DNA of 36,415 nt, taken from Armatimonadota bacterium. GTDB taxonomy: Bacteria; Armatimonadota; UBA10988. Every line of letters starts with the position of its first letter. Position 1 is the first letter of the stretch. Below are positions 26,643 through 34,819 of the stretch, piece after piece. The stretch spans positions 1 through 36,415 of the forward strand of contig JACRKZ010000125.1 of assembly GCA_016235455.1 (NCBI GenBank). The letters are read 5' to 3'. The notes under the pieces were generated by a model. The model was not told where the DNA came from. It saw only the letters and a program-made list of their open reading frames with translations, and did not search any database. A program made the position numbers and the translations under genes.

Positions 26643-28901
26643 TTGCGTTTCCCATGGCTGGTGTCGTGCGGGCTGCTGGCGGCCGCGACCTTGTGTCTGG
26701 CGGCGCCCGACGACGATACGGGCGAAGTGCGACTGTGGGTGCGCGCCACCTACACCGGCGTTCATACCCGTCAGCTCCGTGGGCACCATGGTGGCGAGCA
26801 GCCATCGGAGAAGACGGAGACCCGCACCGACCGACTGCAACTGATCTTCGCGGGCACCAGTTCGTGGCGCCTGAAGGACTGGGCGCCCGGTCCCTCGAGC
26901 TCCAACTGCGGCGTCTCGGCCTCGGGCGGCGGCAGCTTCAACGTCACCGAGACGGGTGTCACCGGCTGCCTCAAGCACCGGGGTGGCCGCTTCACCAGCA
27001 TCGACCGCGGCGCGTGGTCCTACTCGGTGCCGGGCAAGTGCAAGCCGTTGCTGCCCGCCTTCAGCCCGGCCGGTTCGGTGGTCATCCTGCCCAACGGCGT
27101 GTGGCGGCTCGTCCTGTTGTGCTACCCGAATGTGGACGGTGTGGCGGCCAAGGGCAACTGGACGCAGCGCCGCACCAGTTGCGACGACCGACAGCGCGAC
27201 GACTACCCCATCGACCGCGAGAACGAGCCGCCCGAGGGCACCGTTGCGGCGAGTCTGGTCGCGGATGCCTTCAACGACACGCTCGGCGGCACCGACGATC
27301 AGTCCGTGGACGGCACCTGGGACACGGACAAGAAGGGCTTCTTCGCCTCGGGTCGCATCGTTAGGCGCGGTGGCGAGCCACACATCGACCTGGGCGGCAA
27401 GGCCGGTGAGAACACCTGGTCCGGCGACGAATCGCGCTACTGGACCGCCGACATCCAGTACACCGTCTCCTATGACGTGAAGCCACCGCCGGTGGAGTGC
27501 ATCATCGAGCCGGGCGCGCCGTACGCCGAGTGGCTACCCGCGGGTGGCGCCGACGAGCAGACGGTGGGCAACACGCTGGGTCTCTCGGCACGCCTGCAAG
27601 TCAAGGGCGAGCCTGGTCGGACCCCGCTCCAGAAAGGGCGCTTCCGATTTGAGCTGGCGGACAGCTCAACGGAGCCGGGCGTCGCGCTCAACCTGCCGCT
27701 CAAGGGCGCCAAGACGGATCCTGACCTGCGGTTCGGTGAGTGCCCTGGCATGACCCCCAAGGATCAGGGCCGCGTGTCGGAGACCACGGCGGCCGACGTG
27801 CAGTCGGCGTCGGCGGTGGTCAACTGCTACGACTATGGCGCCTACGGCCGGGTCCGCGTGACCTGCCAGCTCACCGATGGCAGTGTGGTCTACGGCCATC
27901 TCGAGGGTCAGCCCGCCCGCGAGGAACTGGCCGTACCGCGCGACGACAACAACAACCACGTGGCCGATGCCTGGGAAGGTACTCGCGGAGGCGGACAGGC
28001 CGACATCTGGGACGCCGAGTCCGAGCCGGCGCTCGACCGCTTCGAGGGCGACGGCCTCAGCCTGTATGAGGAGTATCGCGGGTTGGTCCACCAGGGCGCC
28101 ATCGCGCGGCTCCATCCGGCGCTCCGCGACTTGGTCATCGTCAACGAAATGGGCGCCGACGCCGAGCCCGGGCTCAAGCTGTTCGAGAGTGCCAGCGGTA
28201 TCAATGTGGTGCGGCTGAGCCGGGGCGAGTTGCCGGCCGACCGCGTGGTCAACATCAACAGCGGCACCGGCTTCATAGCGCCCCAACACGCGCTGCGGCT
28301 GGTGAGTGAGCCGTTGGCCGAGGGCATTATCGGCATTAGCCTGCCCGACCGTGTGAAGTCATCGCCGGCCGACTGCGACAAGACGGTAATCAACCGCAGC
28401 CTGGCCTTCCTGCCCGACGCGGTGCGCGACACGCTGCGGGCGGTGGGCGTGGCGCACGAGTTGGGTCATTCGTTGGGCGCGCAGCACCATGGCGACTCAG
28501 GATCGGGCACCACGCGCGAGGACGTGGTCATCAACGACCGCGGCAGCAGGATCTACGGCGTCGATGGCACGGAGATCGCCACTCGGCCGTACACGTTGCA
28601 CGGGCTGGTCGAGGGCAAGCGAAACGGCGGCGAAGCCAGCGGAGCCCAAGACTGCATCATGCGCAACTCGTCGTACTTCCAGTGGGTCAGCCAGCTGGAT
28701 CGGTTGGGCGCGATGGCCTACTACGCGGTGCCGGCGACGGCGCCTGGCAACCTGTTCTGCGCCACGACCGCCGGTACGGGCCTCAATGCGCCGGCCAACA
28801 CGCCGACCTGCTACTTCGGTCGGGCCGCGAACGGACGCGGCGCCTGTCTGACACACCTGCGTGTCAGCGACCGCTGGGGCCCGGCCCCCGCGGCCAAGTA
28901 A
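26643..28901 (+). CDS. Exported metzincin-type zinc metalloprotease-like protein
   Basis: TTG start (uncertain), signal peptide MRFPWLVSCGLLAAATLCLA. HELGHSLGAQH (HExxHxxGxxH, 28455-28487); Met-turn-like DCIMRN; acidic DDNNNHVADAWE and GDGLSLYEEYRG motifs. TATACT -10-like box at 26599-26604. Confidence 0.8.
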   Translation: MRFPWLVSCGLLAAATLCLAAPDDDTGEVRLWVRATYTGVHTRQLRGHHGGEQPSEKTETRTDRLQLIFAGTSSWRLKDWAPGPSSSNCGVSASGGGSFNVTETGVTGCLKHRGGRFTSIDRGAWSYSVPGKCKPLLPAFSPAGSVVILPNGVWRLVLLCYPNVDGVAAKGNWTQRRTSCDDRQRDDYPIDRENEPPEGTVAASLVADAFNDTLGGTDDQSVDGTWDTDKKGFFASGRIVRRGGEPHIDLGGKAGENTWSGDESRYWTADIQYTVSYDVKPPPVECIIEPGAPYAEWLPAGGADEQTVGNTLGLSARLQVKGEPGRTPLQKGRFRFELADSSTEPGVALNLPLKGAKTDPDLRFGECPGMTPKDQGRVSETTAADVQSASAVVNCYDYGAYGRVRVTCQLTDGSVVYGHLEGQPAREELAVPRDDNNNHVADAWEGTRGGGQADIWDAESEPALDRFEGDGLSLYEEYRGLVHQGAIARLHPALRDLVIVNEMGADAEPGLKLFESASGINVVRLSRGELPADRVVNINSGTGFIAPQHALRLVSEPLAEGIIGISLPDRVKSSPADCDKTVINRSLAFLPDAVRDTLRAVGVAHELGHSLGAQHHGDSGSGTTREDVVINDRGSRIYGVDGTEIATRPYTLHGLVEGKRNGGEASGAQDCIMRNSSYFQWVSQLDRLGAMAYYAVPATAPGNLFCATTAGTGLNAPANTPTCYFGRAANGRGACLTHLRVSDRWGPAPAAK

Positions 28902-29334
28902 CGCGCGGGGCCAACTTCACGGCGGCCGCGGGCGTCACCAGCGGGCACGGGCCCAGGGACCACCTGCTCGCTCGCCGGTGCAGCGCCATATGTGCCACCA
29001 CGTCTGTGTCCATCCCGGCCCGGCGCGCATTGATGGCGGCCCGCTGCATCACCAGTTCAGTGACGACCGCCGCCACCGCGTCGCTCCGCTCCGGCCCCGG
29101 CCACTTGTCCATCCCGGCGACACGATCGGCCCAGGCGGCGTCCTGAGCCTGAAGCTCGTCCGCAAGCTGCTGTTTCTGGGCCATCAGCGCCTGGCAGCCA
29201 TCAGCCATGCCGCTGCGGCGCAGGTCTTTGTCGGCGGCAGGTTGCGCAAACAGCGCCTGTGCCGGCAGCCAGATGGCCAGAGCCAGCACGTAGGCCGCGC
29301 AGGTCAGGAGGGCTTTGGCCGCTTCGGGCGTCAT
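28864..29334 (-). CDS. Small exported helical protein, Met/His/Cys-rich (hypothetical)
   Basis: Hydrophobic signal ALLTCAAYVLALAIWLPAQA; coiled coil CQALMAQKQQLADELQAQDAAW...DAVAAVVTELVMQR...HMALH...CPL. Start uncertain (29334 or 29346). The 3' end overlaps the convergent gene by 38 nt. Confidence 0.6.
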   Translation of the reverse strand: MTPEAAKALLTCAAYVLALAIWLPAQALFAQPAADKDLRRSGMADGCQALMAQKQQLADELQAQDAAWADRVAGMDKWPGPERSDAVAAVVTELVMQRAAINARRAGMDTDVVAHMALHRRASRWSLGPCPLVTPAAAVKLAPRVTWPRGPGPSGR

Positions 29335-29486
29335 GGTGCTCAGCATCCTCGGTGCAGGCGAGCGACGGGCCAGTGTTGGCCCGCGCGCACCTTGCACCCC
29401 CATAGTGTCCCCGCACACGACGAGGGGCCGTCGGGGGTGAGCCCGAGATGGCCTGGCGGATGGCTGTAGAGAAGCTGGTGGCCGGG

Positions 29487-30485
29487 TCAGGGCGCCGGCG
29501 GCGGCGTCAGGTCGTACATGAACGAATGGGTGTAGCGCTTCCAGGCGTTGTCGAGGCCGGCCACGCGGAAGCGCAGCGACTTGACCTCGGCGCCGTCGGG
29601 GATGGCGAACAGCATGCGCACCTTCATCTCGCTGTCGGGCCGCATCTCCTGGTTGAGCATCTGCCAGCTGTCGAGTCCGTGCAGGCTGGTGATGGGCACC
29701 TCGGTGCCGGCGGCCAGCGTGACCACCGCGGGCAGGGCCGCCAGCAACATGCTCTTGGCCTTGGTGCCGATGAGCCGCAGCGAGGCGTCGTAGGCCACCC
29801 AGTGGCTGCCCTTGGGCGCTGGCCGGGTCGGGCCCGGCAGGCCTTCGCGCGGGCCTATGACGCTCGCGTCGAACCAGGCCATGGGATACGCCTCGCCCAG
29901 CTTAGCCGTCACGTCGACTCGCATGGTCAGCCCGGCGGGGTCGGCGGGGTCGGCGTATGGCGCCTTGAGCGCGGCGATCTTGCCGTCCAGCTTGTAGCGG
30001 ACCACCGGCTCGGTCGTGCTGCTGGGCAGCACGAGTAGCTTGCTGCACTGCGCCTTGTTGGGCACGCGGAAGGCCGTGTAGAGCAGGATGGTCTGGGCCG
30101 GCTGCAGTTGGCCCTTGGGCCGCTTGCCGGTGTCTTCCAGTCCGACTCCCAGCTTGTCGACCATCTGGTAGCCGTTGTTCTCCGAGTCATACACCTCGAA
30201 GGTGGGGTAGAGTGCGGTGTAGTCGATCGGCTTCTTGGTCGAGTTCTGGACACTGTAGTGGATGACCAGCAGCTTCTCCTGCTCCGTGGGCGCCCACAGG
30301 TAGTCGTCCACCATGTGCCGGTCGACCCGGTACTCCGCGCTCTTGAGCGTGAAGTAGAGCGGACGCTCACGGCCCACCTGGATGGTCTTGCCGAACTCGC
30401 CCTCGGGGCCGGGCCGTTGGTCGGTCTGGGCGCTGGCGAGGCCGGCCAGCAGCAGAGATGCGATAGCGATGAGTCGAACGGCCAT
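29487..30485 (-). CDS. Exported protein with two DUF4352-like Ig-fold modules
   Basis: GAAGGA RBS, ATG at 30485, signal peptide MAVRLIAIASLLLAGLASA. KLLVIHYSVQN...DSENNGY...LQPAQT...FRVP, plus a second MRPDSEM...FAIP module. 332 aa. Confidence 0.65.
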   Translation of the reverse strand: MAVRLIAIASLLLAGLASAQTDQRPGPEGEFGKTIQVGRERPLYFTLKSAEYRVDRHMVDDYLWAPTEQEKLLVIHYSVQNSTKKPIDYTALYPTFEVYDSENNGYQMVDKLGVGLEDTGKRPKGQLQPAQTILLYTAFRVPNKAQCSKLLVLPSSTTEPVVRYKLDGKIAALKAPYADPADPAGLTMRVDVTAKLGEAYPMAWFDASVIGPREGLPGPTRPAPKGSHWVAYDASLRLIGTKAKSMLLAALPAVVTLAAGTEVPITSLHGLDSWQMLNQEMRPDSEMKVRMLFAIPDGAEVKSLRFRVAGLDNAWKRYTHSFMYDLTPPPAP

Positions 30486-30567
30486 TTCGTGCTTTCCTTC
30501 GGCGATGAGCAGCAGGTCACACGCCGAGTCTGCCTCGCTGTGTCGCTTGGCGTCAAGCGGCTCTGGT

Positions 30568-33447
30568 CTACTTCCCCGCCTGCTCACACAACGCGAGCGG
30601 CAGACTGCTGCGAATGGTCGCCGGGCGCTGGCTGGTCGGGTGCTGCCGGCCGCCGGTCAGTTCCTTGACCCGCTCGGACACATAGGCGTCCACCTCGGCC
30701 AGGCTGACGATGCCGTCGTGGTTGTTGTCGGCCTGGCCCTGCAAGGCTTCGATCATCGCCTTGGTGAACGCGCCGTGCTGCCAGGCCTCGTTCTCCAGGC
30801 TCACCTCGTGCGGCATGCACGAGCTCAGCGTCACCAGACCGACCTCGTCGGTAGCGGCCTCGCGCAGCAGATTGGTGTAGTCCAGCCGCGGGCCCAGCGC
30901 CCGAGCGCCGGTCACGCCCGCCGAGTGGCAGGTGTCCAGCGCCAGGATCACCCGGCCCGGCAGCTTCGACAGCACGGCGCGGATGTCGGTCCACTTCACG
31001 CCCGTGCTGATCAGCTTCTCCACGTCGCCATCGAAGGGCAGGAACTGGTAGTCGTTGCGCACGTCGGGCACGCCGTGGCCGGCCATGAACACCACCGCCA
31101 GGTCGCGCTGCGTGACCTGTTGGCTGAGCCACTCCAGCCCGTCGAGCACGCCGGCCCGCGTGGCCTGGTCGTCGCTCAGCACCTTCAGGCCGACCTTCTG
31201 GTACAGCCGGCCCGCGCCGGCGCGCAGCGCCTCGGCCAGAGCGATAGCGTCGGCGCCGGCGTATTTGAGGCTGTACTCGGGCTTGGCGTACTTGCCCACG
31301 CCCACGGCCAACACGTACAGCGACGGTGGCGGGCCCTCGGCGGCGGGCTGGCAGGTGACTTTGATGCTGGCCGGTAGTGACTCCGCGCCGACATCGTTGG
31401 TGGCCACCACACTGAGTGTGCACTCGCCCGGCGACAATGGCGCGCGCGTGGCCCACACACCGGGCTCGTCGCGGATGGGCACGAAGACGAACCGCGCGCC
31501 GTCGATGCTACGGCCGTTGACCGTGAAGTGCACGCGCCGGATGAGCCGGCCATTGGGGTCGACCACCTTGGCGCGCAGGTCGATCTCGTCGGCGGTGACC
31601 GTCGCGCCGTCCTTGGGGGTCAGGATGGTCACGCTGGGTGGCGCCTGCACCGTCGGCGCGGCCACGGTGACCGTGCCAGGCCGGCCGCGTTGGGCATCCG
31701 CCTCGGCCAGCGCCTTGCTCACATCGCCGTGCTTGAGCACCAGGGAGATGACGTCAGGCCGGTAGAACTGCTGGCGGAACTGGTAGACGGGATAGACCTC
31801 GGGCATGCGGTCGGGGTAGTCGCGCTGCCAGGCGATCCAGCGTTCGGCGCCCGGCGTGCAGGCGTAGTAGCCCTCCTGGGTCCAGGCGATCCAGTCGCCG
31901 TTGTCGCCGACGAACAGGCTGAGCAGCGGTGGGACGGTCTTCTCGGTGGCGTGTAGCCGCCAGATGCGGAGGGTCTGGTCGTCGCCGCCGCTGAGCAGGT
32001 AGCGGTTGTCGGGGGAGGTGGCCAGGCCTTTGCAGTGGCCCGTCGCGCCAACGAACCGCCGCACCGGTTGTCCTCGCTGGTCGTACAGGCCGACTCCCCG
32101 ATGACCGGCCTCAAGCAACTGGTTGTCTGGTGTCAGCGAGAACGCACCTATCGTGTCCCCGTCCGGATTCACGACTACGTCTTGCAGCCCCGGCCGATGG
32201 ACGACCACACTCGTTGCTGCCCGCTCGCCCCATTCGGCGCTAGCGGTCGGGGTCTTGTGGACCGCCATCCGCCAGCCTGCGGTGGCCGCGCCGGCCGGCA
32301 TCAACTGGCCGAGGTCAAATGAGCGATTAAGGGTGTCGGAGGTCGGCAGCGACGAGAGCGGCGCAAACGTCGTGCGCCAAGCCAATGCGGATCCATCGGG
32401 CGACCAGGCAACTGCGAAGACGCACCGCCCCGGGGATCTGAGGGCTTGGACGAGCCGCACGCTCTTGGTGTCCCAGACCTCGACGTTGCCCTCGTTCTCG
32501 CCGACCGCGAGTAAGTCGCCGCTCGCGGCAAGACAAAGCACCTGGCCAAACGTCCCTGGCAGTTGTCGTCGTTCCGTCAGAGAAGCGCCGTCGAGCTCGT
32601 GCACGGCGTGCCCAGCGTCGTGCGCCATGGAGGCCCAAAGGCGTTCGCCATCGCCGCTGAAGGCCATCGCTTGCACCAGGTCTGGGCCCTCGCGAAGGGC
32701 CTCCAGTCTCGCGGCATCCCAGGCGGCCACCTTCGCCGACCAGGATGCGCAGACGATTGCCCGGCCGCTGGGCGACCAGCAGATTGAGTGTCCATGGGTC
32801 GGCGCATCCACCTCATATTCGGCCCCTGTGCTGCCGGCAAGAGGAACGACGCACACGGAAGACCGATCTCCCCAGCTGTAGAAGGCGATGCGATCCTCTT
32901 GCGGCGACCAACAGAGCTCTATCGCAGGTCGAACGCGACCTGTCGGCCCGGGAAGATCGCGGATGAGTCGGCCGGTGGCGACCTCATAGATCACGATGTG
33001 CTCACGGACTCCAAGCGCGATCAGCCGTCCACTTGGCGAGAAGGCAAGGCCGCCGTTGCCGGCCAGTTGCCGGCCGAAGGGGATTCTCTGTACAAGGGAG
33101 CCCGTGCCGACATCGATGATCCATAGTTGCAGGTACGGAGTGCCAAGGGCCGCTGCGAACTGCGAGCCGTCGGACGATAGAGCCATGGGGCAGTCCACAG
33201 AGCCGCCATGGGCTTGCGCGGCAGGTAGCGGGATCGTGCGGAGAAGCTCGCCGACAGCGGTGTCCCACACGCGCACCACGCAGTCCGTGCCAGCACTCGC
33301 CACGACCTTGGCGGCGGTGGCGAATGCAAGGCTTTCGATGCGGCCCGTGTGCCCCGCTGGATGCAGAACCAGATACGGCGCGCCCGGTTCGGCCCAGCCG
33401 ACCGCGACGCATGCCAGCAGTACGACCGCGCAGGACCAAGACCGCAT
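30568..33447 (-). CDS. Exported WD40-repeat, Ig-like and peptidase C14 (caspase-like) protein
   Basis: Signal peptide MRSWSCAVVLLACVAVGWA. WD repeats (GHTGRIESLAF...VRVWD; VEVWD; LSGGDDQTLRIW). Caspase domain LYVLAVGVGKY...LKYAGADA, FMAGHG (His codon 31077-31075), ALDTCHS (Cys codon 30930-30928), HGAFT and Q.P. Confidence 0.92.
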   Translation of the reverse strand: MRSWSCAVVLLACVAVGWAEPGAPYLVLHPAGHTGRIESLAFATAAKVVASAGTDCVVRVWDTAVGELLRTIPLPAAQAHGGSVDCPMALSSDGSQFAAALGTPYLQLWIIDVGTGSLVQRIPFGRQLAGNGGLAFSPSGRLIALGVREHIVIYEVATGRLIRDLPGPTGRVRPAIELCWSPQEDRIAFYSWGDRSSVCVVPLAGSTGAEYEVDAPTHGHSICWSPSGRAIVCASWSAKVAAWDAARLEALREGPDLVQAMAFSGDGERLWASMAHDAGHAVHELDGASLTERRQLPGTFGQVLCLAASGDLLAVGENEGNVEVWDTKSVRLVQALRSPGRCVFAVAWSPDGSALAWRTTFAPLSSLPTSDTLNRSFDLGQLMPAGAATAGWRMAVHKTPTASAEWGERAATSVVVHRPGLQDVVVNPDGDTIGAFSLTPDNQLLEAGHRGVGLYDQRGQPVRRFVGATGHCKGLATSPDNRYLLSGGDDQTLRIWRLHATEKTVPPLLSLFVGDNGDWIAWTQEGYYACTPGAERWIAWQRDYPDRMPEVYPVYQFRQQFYRPDVISLVLKHGDVSKALAEADAQRGRPGTVTVAAPTVQAPPSVTILTPKDGATVTADEIDLRAKVVDPNGRLIRRVHFTVNGRSIDGARFVFVPIRDEPGVWATRAPLSPGECTLSVVATNDVGAESLPASIKVTCQPAAEGPPPSLYVLAVGVGKYAKPEYSLKYAGADAIALAEALRAGAGRLYQKVGLKVLSDDQATRAGVLDGLEWLSQQVTQRDLAVVFMAGHGVPDVRNDYQFLPFDGDVEKLISTGVKWTDIRAVLSKLPGRVILALDTCHSAGVTGARALGPRLDYTNLLREAATDEVGLVTLSSCMPHEVSLENEAWQHGAFTKAMIEALQGQADNNHDGIVSLAEVDAYVSERVKELTGGRQHPTSQRPATIRSSLPLALCEQAGK

Positions 33448-33534
33448 GGCAGTGCCCCACCGGCGCTTTGGGGATGGCAATCCCCTCGCCGCGGGCACTC
33501 TTCGCGCCTCCGGGCGCCAGTCCTCCTGGGCCGG

Positions 33535-34818
33535 CTAAGCTGTCAGCGCCAGCCAGCCATCGACGATCCGCTGCCCCGCATCCTCGATCAGCCGGCTGCT
33601 GTAGGCCGGCCAGGTCTCATAGCCGCCGCGACCGAAGGCCAAGGCCGTCGGCACGTAGCCCACGTAGCCGTCAGTCAGCTCGGCGATGAGCGTCACCGCG
33701 CCCGGCCGCGTCGCGCGCAGGGCCAGGCCCCATTCGACGAACAGCTCGGCGGGGCAGGTGGCGATCAGCGCATCGCCCACCCTCACGCAGTTGAGATGCA
33801 CCGGCACCGGGTTCTCGCGCGTGGGCCAGGCTTCGCCCTCGGCACGGTAGTAGTCGCACGCCTCGCCCCAGTCCGCATGGTCCAGCGGAATGGGGTAATG
33901 CGGCTCGTCTGGCGTCGGCCAGTGGCGCAACGGCACGTCAATCGTCAGTCGGTGGTGGGCCAGTTCGTCAGGCGCGGGCTGATAGGGTTCGGCCAGGGCC
34001 GCCAGCACCATGCCGCCCAGATACTCCCCCGAGCGCCGCACGCCGGCCTCGCCACGCCAGGGCTGGCTGGGGTCGTGCGGGTGGAGGATGGACGGTGCGG
34101 TGTTGCCCGCGGCGCCGGTCAAGTAGACCACGCCGGCCTCCGAACCATAGGCGCCACGCAATACGCGCCGCACTTCGCCCGGCAGGTCGGCGCTGTAGTA
34201 CTGCTCACCCTCCAGGCTGTTGGGATGGGTGGCGAACGAGAGCACCACGCCGACCACGCGGCCCCCGCCATCGCGCGCGGCGATGAGCCCCACCTCGGGA
34301 TCGCGCGGACCCTCCAGACCGAGGAAGCCGGGCGCGTCGCTATGCCCGTACATGCTGCTGGTACCGTCGGCGTACATGCCGCGGCGGTTCCAGCCCAGGT
34401 TGGCCAACTGGCAGCTCGTGGTCTGGAGCGTCACGGGCGTCAGGCGGGCCAACGCTTGGGTGGCCGCCTCGACGATGCCGGCGGCCAGCGTCTCCAGCCA
34501 GCCTGCGTCGGGCTCGCCGGTGAAGAAGCCGGTGGTGCACGGCCCCACATGGGTGTGCGTGGCGTGGACGATGAGCTGCTCCGCGCTCTGGCCCGATTGC
34601 TCGGCGAAGCGCTGGCGCACGCTGTCGACCCACGGCGTCTCGAGCAGGGCTACATCGCACGAAACGATGACCGCCGCCGGCGCGTCTCCGGCCTGGAAGG
34701 CGACGGCATTGGCGCACAGCGGGTCGCGCGCGTGCGTTGCCAGCCGTTCATGGAACTGACCCATCAGGGCCAGGCCCGGCGGCGGCGTCACGTCGACCCA
34801 GGCGAATCCAGCACGCAT
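33535..34818 (-). CDS. Neutral/alkaline ceramidase-like metal-dependent amidohydrolase
   Basis: GGAGGTG RBS. MRAGFAWVDVTPP.G..LMG, DPL.A, HATHTHVGP, NRR, DPEV, FATHP, SADLPG, GAAGN, PAELF and GYVPT...GGYE. 427 aa. Confidence 0.85.
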   Translation of the reverse strand: MRAGFAWVDVTPPPGLALMGQFHERLATHARDPLCANAVAFQAGDAPAAVIVSCDVALLETPWVDSVRQRFAEQSGQSAEQLIVHATHTHVGPCTTGFFTGEPDAGWLETLAAGIVEAATQALARLTPVTLQTTSCQLANLGWNRRGMYADGTSSMYGHSDAPGFLGLEGPRDPEVGLIAARDGGGRVVGVVLSFATHPNSLEGEQYYSADLPGEVRRVLRGAYGSEAGVVYLTGAAGNTAPSILHPHDPSQPWRGEAGVRRSGEYLGGMVLAALAEPYQPAPDELAHHRLTIDVPLRHWPTPDEPHYPIPLDHADWGEACDYYRAEGEAWPTRENPVPVHLNCVRVGDALIATCPAELFVEWGLALRATRPGAVTLIAELTDGYVGYVPTALAFGRGGYETWPAYSSRLIEDAGQRIVDGWLALTA

Positions 34819-34819
34819 C

